Of a DNA stretch of 64,000 nucleotides, positions 57,781 to 64,000 are shown in pieces. The DNA is from Vicinamibacterales bacterium. GTDB lineage: Bacteria > Acidobacteriota > Vicinamibacteria > Vicinamibacterales > UBA8438. The number at the start of each line of letters is the position of its first letter. Within the stretch, counting starts at the first letter, position 1. The position numbers were made by a program, and so were the translations under genes. The notes below the pieces were generated by a model. It ran no database searches. It had not been told where the DNA came from and saw only the letters and a program-made list of their open reading frames with translations. The DNA lies in the NCBI GenBank assembly GCA_965207595.1, contig CBDBMW010000013.1, positions 503,497 to 567,496 of the forward strand, written 5' to 3'.

Positions 57781-59997
57781 ATGACAGGCTCGTTCCGGGG
57801 CGGCGCATCGGCCGCCGGTCGCCCCGACGCCGGCCCGCCGGAGCGCCAGGCGTTGGCCGGCCTCGTGGAGCGCGTCACCTTCCACAATCCCGACAACGGC
57901 TTCTCGGTCCTGCGGGTGAAGGCGCGCGGGCAGCGGGGTCTGGTGACGGTGGTCGGCCACGCGGCGGCCGTCACCCCCGGCGAGTGGGTCACCGCGACCG
58001 GCGAGTGGGTGCACGACCGGGTCCACGGCCCGCAGTTCCGGGCCCGCTTCCTCAAGGCGTCCGAGCCGACCTCGCACGACGGCATCCAGCGCTACCTCGG
58101 GTCGGGCCTCATCCGCGGCATCGGGCCGGTCTACGCGAAGAAGCTCGTGTCGGCCTTCGGTGACGGCATCTTCGACGTGATCGATGCATCCCCCGAGCGG
58201 CTGCGGGAGGTAGACGGCATTGGCTCGGTCCGGGCGGAGCGCATCCGCGGGGCGTGGGCCGAGCAGAAGATGGTCCGCGAGATCATGCTCTTCCTGCACG
58301 GGCACGGCGTGGGAACGGCGCGCGCGGTGCGGATCTTCAGAACCTACGGCGCCGACGCCATCGAGGTGATGTCGACGAACCCGTACCGGCTGTCTCGCGA
58401 CATCCGCGGCATCGGATTCAGGACCGCCGACGCGCTGGCCATGCGGCTCGGCATCGAGAAGACGGCCGCCATCCGGCTGCGCGCGGGCGTCGCGCACGCC
58501 CTGGCCGAGGCGATGGACGAGGGCCACTGCGGCCTGCCGGCGGCCGAGCTGACGCCGGCGGCGGCGCGGCTGCTCGAGGCGCCGGAGCGCCTCGTGGAGG
58601 CGGCGACGGAGGCGGAGCGGGCGGCGGGGGCCCTCGTCGCCGACCGGGTCGGCGGGACGCCGTGCGTCTTCCTGGCCGGCCTGCACCACGCGGAACGGGC
58701 CATCGCGGCGCGCGTGCGGGGCATTGCGGCGGCGCCCCTGCCCTGGGCGGCGATCGACGCGGAGCGGGCGGTTCCGTGGATCGAGCGGCGGATCCGGCTC
58801 GCGCTCGCCCCGAGCCAGGTCGCGGCGGTCCGGCTCGCGCTCGCGTCGAAGGTGCTGGTGGTCACGGGCGGTCCCGGCGTCGGGAAGACGACCCTCGTCA
58901 ACGCCGTGCTCGGCATCCTGGCCGCCAGGGGCGTCACGATCGCGCTCTGCGCCCCGACGGGCCGGGCGGCCCGCCGCCTGCGCGAGACCACCGGCCTGGA
59001 GGCGCGGACGATCCACCGGCTGCTGGAGGTCGATCCGGCATCCGGCGGCTTCCGCCGGGGGCCGGATCACCCGCTGGAGTGCGACCTGCTGGTGGTCGAC
59101 GAGATGTCGATGGTCGACGTGCCGCTGATGCACGCGCTCGCGGCCGCCGTGCCCGACAGCGCGGCGCTGCTCCTGGTCGGCGACATCGATCAGTTGCCGT
59201 CGGTGGGGCCGGGGCAGGTGCTGGCCGATCTCATCGGCTCCGGGGCGGTCCCGGTGGTGCGGCTGACCGAGGTGTTCCGGCAGGCGGCCCGGAGCCGCAT
59301 CATCGTCAACGCCCACCGCGTCAACGAGGGCGAGCTGCCCGACCTCCGCCGTCCGGACGATCCCGCCAGCGACTTCTACTTCGTGCCCGCGAACGAGCCG
59401 GCCGCGGCGGCGGACCGGATTCGGGAGCTGGTCGAGAGCCGCATCCCGCGGCGCTTCGGCCTCGATCCGATCCGCGACGTGCAGGTGCTCTGTCCCATGA
59501 ACCGGGGCGCGGCGGGCGCGCGGTCCCTGAACCTCGCGCTGCAGGCGGCGCTCAACCCGGCCGGCGCGCGCCGCGTGGAGCGCTTCGGCTGGACCTTCGC
59601 GCCCGGCGACAAGGTGATGCAGATCCAGAACGACTACGACAAGGAGGTCTACAACGGCGACATCGGCCGCGTCGACGACGTCGACCCCGAGCTGGGCGAG
59701 CTGAGCGCCCGCTTCGACGACCGCGCCGTCACCTACGGGTTCGGCGAGCTCGACGCCCTCGTCCCCGCCTACGCGACGACCATCCACAAGAGCCAGGGCT
59801 CGGAGTACCCCGCCGTCGTCCTCCCGCTCCTCACCGAGCACTACATCATGCTGCAGCGGAACCTGCTCTACACCGGCCTGACCCGCGGCCGCAGGCTGGT
59901 CGTGCTGGTGGGGCAGCCGAAGGCGGTGGCCATCGCGGTCCGGACGGTCTCCGGTCGCCGCCGCTGGTCGAAGCTGCGGGAGTGGCTGACCGCCTGA
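57781..59997 (+). CDS. recD2: RecD2-type (RecD/TraA family) SF1 ATP-dependent DNA helicase
   Basis: 738 aa. The N-terminal VERVTFHNPDNGFSVLRV OB/SH3-like module and HhH region (GIGPVYAKKLV, VDGIGSVRAERI) precede Walker A (VTGGPGVGKTT), DEMSMVD, GDIDQLPSVGPG and TIHKSQGSEYP. The start is uncertain (57634-57781). Confidence 0.85.
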   Translation: MTGSFRGGASAAGRPDAGPPERQALAGLVERVTFHNPDNGFSVLRVKARGQRGLVTVVGHAAAVTPGEWVTATGEWVHDRVHGPQFRARFLKASEPTSHDGIQRYLGSGLIRGIGPVYAKKLVSAFGDGIFDVIDASPERLREVDGIGSVRAERIRGAWAEQKMVREIMLFLHGHGVGTARAVRIFRTYGADAIEVMSTNPYRLSRDIRGIGFRTADALAMRLGIEKTAAIRLRAGVAHALAEAMDEGHCGLPAAELTPAAARLLEAPERLVEAATEAERAAGALVADRVGGTPCVFLAGLHHAERAIAARVRGIAAAPLPWAAIDAERAVPWIERRIRLALAPSQVAAVRLALASKVLVVTGGPGVGKTTLVNAVLGILAARGVTIALCAPTGRAARRLRETTGLEARTIHRLLEVDPASGGFRRGPDHPLECDLLVVDEMSMVDVPLMHALAAAVPDSAALLLVGDIDQLPSVGPGQVLADLIGSGAVPVVRLTEVFRQAARSRIIVNAHRVNEGELPDLRRPDDPASDFYFVPANEPAAAADRIRELVESRIPRRFGLDPIRDVQVLCPMNRGAAGARSLNLALQAALNPAGARRVERFGWTFAPGDKVMQIQNDYDKEVYNGDIGRVDDVDPELGELSARFDDRAVTYGFGELDALVPAYATTIHKSQGSEYPAVVLPLLTEHYIMLQRNLLYTGLTRGRRLVVLVGQPKAVAIAVRTVSGRRRWSKLREWLTA

Positions 59998-60043
59998 GCG
60001 GCCGCGGCCCGGCGGCGCCTGTCCGACCCTCCGATCCTTGCTG

Positions 60044-60212
60044 CTCCCCGAGGCCGAGCGCGCCTTGCCGGCGGCGGGTCGATGCCCTCGTAGACGGCAG
60101 CGCCGCTCCCTTGCCACTCCCCGAGGCCGAGCGTGCCTTGCCGGCGGCGGGTCGATGCCCTCGCAGACCGCAGCGCCGCCTCGCTTCCTGAGGCCGAGCG
60201 CGCCTTGCCGGC
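60044..60212. repeat. Tandem direct repeat, unit about 70 bp, about 2.4 copies
   Basis: Units start at 60044, 60117 and about 60187 (ctccccgaggccgagcgYgccttgccggcggcgggtcgatgccctcg...). The array lies between the recD2 stop and the AT-richer RBS region of the next gene. Confidence 0.85.
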
Positions 60213-60257
60213 AACGGAACGGGATGGGAATCCGTCTAATTCCTATAGGAGGAAGTG

Positions 60258-60845
60258 ATGAGAAAGGGAACGTCGATGATGTGGTTGCTGACGGCGGTAG
60301 TGGCAGCTGCTGGGGTGGGGGTGGCAGCCCCTGCCAGCCTGGCCGAGCCGGAGCCGGCCGTAATGGCATCGGTGGCGTCCGGTGTGGCCCTCGTGGCCTC
60401 GATCCCCGTCGCGCCGTCGAACGACGCCGCGCCGGAGGCCGCCTGCGAGTTCACGCACCGGGGCGACCAGAGTCGAAGCCTCGAGCTCGCCGTGACGGGA
60501 CTGCACCGGACGGATGACGGAGCGCGCGCCACGCTCGCGTGGGCGGCACCGCCATTCACGTCGCACCTCGACGGCTACGAGTATCGCGCCCATGTCGGTC
60601 GCGAGGGTCCGCGCGGCGCGGTGTGGGTCGACACGGGCGCCCTGGCCCCGACCCTCGTGCTGCCTGCCGCCCTGTCGGGACGTGACCATGCGTTCGAGGT
60701 GGTGGCGCGCTACCGCTATCCGCTGGGAGACGGCCACGTCTACTACTGGTACGGACCGGCGGCCATCACGGGGAACGCAGGGTGGGCGAGCGCCGGATGC
60801 GGTTCGGTCTTCGGCCATCCGGACACGACGCTCGCGTACGAATGA
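60258..60845 (+). CDS. Secreted hypothetical protein with FN3-like segment
   Basis: RBS AGGAGG at 60248-60253 and a signal peptide (MMWLLTAVVAAAGVGVAAPASLA). LELAVTGL....ATLAWAAPPF..LDGYEYR...FEVVARY resembles an FN3 strand pattern. The GTG at 60255 or the ATG at 60276 are alternative starts. Confidence 0.55.
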   Translation: MRKGTSMMWLLTAVVAAAGVGVAAPASLAEPEPAVMASVASGVALVASIPVAPSNDAAPEAACEFTHRGDQSRSLELAVTGLHRTDDGARATLAWAAPPFTSHLDGYEYRAHVGREGPRGAVWVDTGALAPTLVLPAALSGRDHAFEVVARYRYPLGDGHVYYWYGPAAITGNAGWASAGCGSVFGHPDTTLAYE

Positions 60846-60878
60846 CGGCAGGCCGTTCGCTGCGGCTCGGGTAGCGCC

Positions 60879-60967
60879 GGAGTCTGCGCCGCAGCACAGG
60901 CGACGCGAGTGCCTGGCCGTAGCGAGCGCAGGCTTCCGACGCGCCCGCGAGGGCGCGCTGGCGCTCC
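60879..60967. repeat. Composite family-B intergenic element (second full copy)
   Basis: GGAGTCTGCGC at 60879-60889 is followed by gcgcaggcttcc at 60926-60937 and by gacgcgcccgcgagggcgcgctggcgctcc. It is collinear with 40579-40660. Confidence 0.65.
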
Positions 60968-61004
60968 CGGCACGGCGCCGGGAGGGCGGAGAACGATCTC
61001 GAGC

Positions 61005-61790
61005 TCACGCCCGCCGGCGCCGTGACCGGCGCCAGGCACCTCCGAGCAGCAGCAGCCCGAGCCCCACGAGCGCCGGCAGCGGCAGCACCGGCACCGCCGC
61101 CGCGCAATCGCCCCGGAACTCGTCCAGCGTCCGCAGCCAGGCTCGGAAGCCGTCGTCCGCCGGAGTGCACAGGCCGGCGTTGTCCTCGATCCGTAGCCGG
61201 CGCAGGCTCCCCATGTGCCGCACGCTCTCCGGCAGGGTGCCGGTCAGCCGGTTCTGGTGGAGACGCAACTCCCAGACGTTGGCCAGCTTGCCCAGGCTGG
61301 AGGGGACGGTTCCGCCGAGCGCATTGTTGGAGAGGCGCAGGACCTCGAGCTCGGCGAGATCTCCGAGCTCGGCGGGAATCGCACCGGTCAGGGCGTTGTT
61401 GGAGAGGCGCAGGTCCTTGAGTCGGGCCAGCGTTCCCAGCTCCGGCGGGATCGTGCCGCGCAGGTTGTTGCCGCCGGGTCCGCAGAGATCGAGACTGGTG
61501 ACCCGGCCCCCCTCGGTCCGGACGCCGAACCAGGTGCCGAGGGGTTCCGCGCTGAGCCAGTTGGTGCGGTCGATCCAGTCGGCCCCGCCGGCTGCGTGGT
61601 ACAGGGCGACGAGCGCCGCGCGGTCACCCGCGTGGTCCTGACCCTGCTGCAAGCCCCGGGCTCCGGCGAGCCGCGCGCCGGGCGCGCACGGATCCGCCGG
61701 CTGGGCTCGCGCCTCTCCCGTGAGGCCGACGACCAGCGCGACCCCGAGCAGCGAGCCGACGAAACTCCCCGGCGCAGACCTGCCGTTCAA
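61005..61790 (-). CDS. Plant-type leucine-rich-repeat protein with signal peptide and PEP-CTERM/IPTL-CTERM-like C-terminal tail
   Basis: 261 aa from a TTG preceded by GGAGGAGG. An LRRNT-like cap (DRAALVALYHAAGGADWIDRTNWLSAEPLGTWFGV) precedes four 24-residue repeats (L..L.LS.N.L.G.IP.ELG.L). The tail is VPVLPLPALVGLGLLLLGGAWRRSRRRRA. Confidence 0.7.
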   Translation of the reverse strand: MNGRSAPGSFVGSLLGVALVVGLTGEARAQPADPCAPGARLAGARGLQQGQDHAGDRAALVALYHAAGGADWIDRTNWLSAEPLGTWFGVRTEGGRVTSLDLCGPGGNNLRGTIPPELGTLARLKDLRLSNNALTGAIPAELGDLAELEVLRLSNNALGGTVPSSLGKLANVWELRLHQNRLTGTLPESVRHMGSLRRLRIEDNAGLCTPADDGFRAWLRTLDEFRGDCAAAVPVLPLPALVGLGLLLLGGAWRRSRRRRA

Positions 61791-61828
61791 TCTCCGACCT
61801 CCTCCGCAACGGACACCAGCGTCCCGGC

Positions 61829-62293
61829 TCAGCGCGCTGGCAGCACTTCCAACCGGACCCCGACCCGGCGGCAGTCGTCGATGACGCCGTCCGGATGGAA
61901 CGTGCACGCGAGGGCGATGGCCCCTTCGAGCGGCGGACCGACAACGATGAAGTCGTCGTCTCCGCCGACATCCAGCACGGCGTCCACGGTCTCCGCGGCA
62001 CCGGTCCCGACCTCGACGCCGGACCGGACGACGCGCCCGAAGCCGGGCAGCGAGATGAGTACCGAGTACGTGCCCGGCGGCAGTCCGGAGATGCGGTAGC
62101 GCCCTTCCAGGTCGGTCACCTCCAGGCGTGGCTCGGGCGAGGCCGGGCCTCTTCTCAGCTCGACGGTGGCTCCCGGAAGCGGCTCGCCGTCGGTGTCGAC
62201 CACCCGGCCCGCGATGGCTCCCTCCTGCGCGAGGGCGGACGCGGTCAGCCAGACGGCCACGGCCAGGAGCGCCCAGGTAGATGCACGTGGCAT
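61829..62293 (-). CDS. Secreted CarboxypepD_reg-like domain protein
   Basis: 154 aa from an ATG with RBS AAGGGAGGTG and a signal peptide (WALLAVAVWLTASALAQ). IAGRVVDTDGEPLPGATVEL...DLEGRYRISGLPPGTYSVLISLPGF. An alternative upstream ATG at 62410 overlaps the TM2 gene stop. Confidence 0.7.
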   Translation of the reverse strand: MPRASTWALLAVAVWLTASALAQEGAIAGRVVDTDGEPLPGATVELRRGPASPEPRLEVTDLEGRYRISGLPPGTYSVLISLPGFGRVVRSGVEVGTGAAETVDAVLDVGGDDDFIVVGPPLEGAIALACTFHPDGVIDDCRRVGVRLEVLPAR

Positions 62294-62409
62294 CGCGGCA
62301 CCTCCCTTCGCAGTCGCAGGCTTCATTCTAGCGCCGTCGAGGGCGGCGTCGGCATGCGGAGGTGCGGCGTGCGGGGAGCGGGTCGGTCCCCCGTTGACGG
62401 GAGCGGACA

Positions 62410-62799
62410 TCAGCCGGCGGCAGCGGGCGGGGCGTCCGTCGCCGTGCGCAGCGCCTTCAGCCGGGCTGCGATGTGCTGCGCGGTGCGCTCGTTGTAGTTG
62501 CGCACCCGGCCACCGAGGAGGAACGCCTCCACGATCAGCACGAAGAACGGAATGATCAACGGGATGCCGAAGAAGAGCAGCATCGAGAGGAGCCAGTAGG
62601 GGATGAAGCAGCAGATGTACAGGATGCCCAGCGCCGTCTGTCCCAGATAGAAGCGGTGGGCTCCGAGGCCGCCCAGGAAGAGGCAGAGCAGGACCGCTAC
62701 GGTCGTGTCCTTCCGGCTGCCCCCGAGCTCGGCGAGAAACAGCGTGCGCTCTTCTTCCGTCAGGTCCCGCATCGCCAGCGCGCCGGTCCCGTCAGACAT
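62410..62799 (-). CDS. TM2-domain membrane protein
   Basis: 129 aa. KDTTVAVLLCLFLGGLGAHRFYLGQTALGILY matches the TM2 (PF05154-like) signature. Confidence 0.8.
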   Translation of the reverse strand: MSDGTGALAMRDLTEEERTLFLAELGGSRKDTTVAVLLCLFLGGLGAHRFYLGQTALGILYICCFIPYWLLSMLLFFGIPLIIPFFVLIVEAFLLGGRVRNYNERTAQHIAARLKALRTATDAPPAAAG

Positions 62800-62977
62800 G
62801 AAGCCTCCCCGGTCATCCGAGGTGAACGAAGGGCGATCCTACTCGGTGCGGGTGTCAACACCAAGCGGTCGTGTTCTGCCGTGAAGTCGCCGGCCCGGGG
62901 GCTATTGCACGCCGGCCCGCCACGGGCCGCACGGCCGCCGCCGCAAGCTGCCACCGTTCGTCCCCGCAACGGCCCGG

Positions 62978-63811
62978 TCAGCGCGGCCGCGCAACGCGGC
63001 TGGCCATCCACTCGGTAACCACGTTGGCGAACCGCTCGGGCTCCTCGAAGAACGGCTGGTGCCCGCTGGCCTCGAACAGGCGGAAGGTGGCGTCGGGCAG
63101 GGTGGCCGGGATTCCCTCCCACAGGTCGTACGGCACCGTGTAGTCCGAGCGGCCGTGCGTGAGGAGCACGGGCACCGCCAGGGAAGCCGGGTCGGCGGTG
63201 ATGGTCCACGCGGCAGCGAGCGTGCCCGAGAGGTGCATGAGCAGCTCGGGCCGCGAGACGGCGCCCGCGAACAGGGGCGCAGCGTCCACCGTGGGGTCGT
63301 GGAAGCGCATCGGGGTCTGAGCCAGCAGGAACTGCCCGGGCGAAGGGGCGGGCGGGAGGGCGGCGAGGTTGTCCCGCATCCGCCGCTTGCGCGCGTCGTC
63401 GGCGTCCGCCTCGAAGAACGCCGCGCTCCGGGCGCCCAGGGCGTTCATGTCTCCGTGGGGGGGCGTGCCCACCGTGACGACGTGCGAGACCCGGTCCGGC
63501 AGCCGCCGGCCGCACTCGAGGGCCAGCATGCCCAGGATGGAGTGGCCGAGCAGGGCGACGCGGTCGACGCCGAGCGCGCCGCGTATCGCGTCGACGTCCT
63601 CGGCGAAGCGGTCGAAGGTCAGGTCCGCCGCGCGCCCCGTTGATCGTCCGCCTCCGCGCAGGTCGACGTAGACCATCGTCAGGTGGTCGGAGAGCTGCGG
63701 CGCCATCTGCCGCTCGTAGGGCGCGGTGCCGATCGCGCTCGGCACGAGGCAGACCGGGCCGCTGCCGTGAACGGTGCAGTACAGGTCCGCACCGTCGACC
63801 GTTACCGTCAT
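62978..63811 (-). CDS. Alpha/beta-fold hydrolase
   Basis: 277 aa. It has the nucleophile elbow GHSILG, an oxyanion region (CLVPSAIG) and a C-terminal catalytic His context (ASGHQPFFEEPE). Confidence 0.8.
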   Translation of the reverse strand: MTVTVDGADLYCTVHGSGPVCLVPSAIGTAPYERQMAPQLSDHLTMVYVDLRGGGRSTGRAADLTFDRFAEDVDAIRGALGVDRVALLGHSILGMLALECGRRLPDRVSHVVTVGTPPHGDMNALGARSAAFFEADADDARKRRMRDNLAALPPAPSPGQFLLAQTPMRFHDPTVDAAPLFAGAVSRPELLMHLSGTLAAAWTITADPASLAVPVLLTHGRSDYTVPYDLWEGIPATLPDATFRLFEASGHQPFFEEPERFANVVTEWMASRVARPR

Positions 63812-63813
63812 CG

Positions 63814-63999
63814 TCAGGGGTGAACGCGGACAGTGACGTCCTCGTAGGTCTGCAGGCCGCCGTCGTGGGCTATGCAGCGCAGCACGTAGGTTCCCGCCGC
63901 GCTGAAGGTGGCGCGCACCGTCCAGCGGTTCTCGGGCGGGATCGGCGGGGGCTCCCAGCCGGCCGACCAGGGAGAGCCGCCGCCGTCGCGGTAGTCCTC
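63814..63999 (-). CDS. C-terminal fragment of an upstream gene (Ig-like beta-sandwich tail); 5' end outside the window
   Basis: Open frame to the window edge, not in the ORF track: ...EDYRDGGGSPWSAGWEPPPIPPENRWTVRATFSAAGTYVLRCIAHDGGLQTYEDVTVRVHP*. The stop TGA at 63814-63816 lies 2 nt before the next gene's ATG. Confidence 0.5.
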   Translation of the reverse strand, partial: EDYRDGGGSPWSAGWEPPPIPPENRWTVRATFSAAGTYVLRCIAHDGGLQTYEDVTVRVHP

Positions 64000-64000
64000 C

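Noticed and set aside
60044-60212. Possible mini CRISPR array (41-nt repeats separated by about 30 nt)
   Set aside because: There are only about 2.4 units, the 'spacers' are homologous to each other, the third repeat is truncated, and there are no cas genes. It is a tandem duplication, not a CRISPR.

Overview
High-GC sequence (by eye above 70% G+C). The gene content looks like an Acidobacteriota chromosome: PadR plus ADOP-type duplicated FtsX permeases, a TIGR03436-like VWA protein, and many secreted CarboxypepD_reg, TPR, beta-propeller and haem-c proteins. I call about 50 protein-coding genes. I saw no rRNA, tRNA, CRISPR array or intact mobile element. Start coordinates that differ from the ORF track were derived by hand and checked for frame consistency. 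All family assignments rest on motif recognition, not on database searches. The points most worth a second look are these. (1) A cassette of signal-peptide ankyrin + DUF1592-family haem-c protein + Tat-exported DUF1552 (HXXSHH) protein recurs. It is complete at 10484-16026. At 23380-27676 it lacks the DUF1552 gene and is extended by a further haem-c protein. At 36775-40565 it lacks an adjacent ankyrin gene. (2) The two DUF1592 paralogs share a 218-aa block that is identical at protein level although the DNA differs, so every difference there is synonymous. (3) A lower-GC island (22186-23379) carries an RHH antitoxin and a truncated PIN toxin exactly where the second cassette loses its DUF1552 gene. 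(4) A split NosR-like pair (FMN-binding protein and NapH-type 4Fe-4S membrane protein) is joined by a GTGA overlap and followed by a metzincin. (5) Several dispersed intergenic repeat families and tandem repeats are not explained by the genes. (6) Unusual fusions or pairings include haem-c/PHM-like Cu-monooxygenase/TPR, PAL-like NHL propeller fused to an unknown domain, AdoMetDC-like + methyltransferase, 2x cNMP-binding + acyltransferase, and a plant-type LRR protein with an exosortase-like C-terminal tail. None of these is proven to be a system. Each needs homology and neighbourhood searches that I cannot run here.
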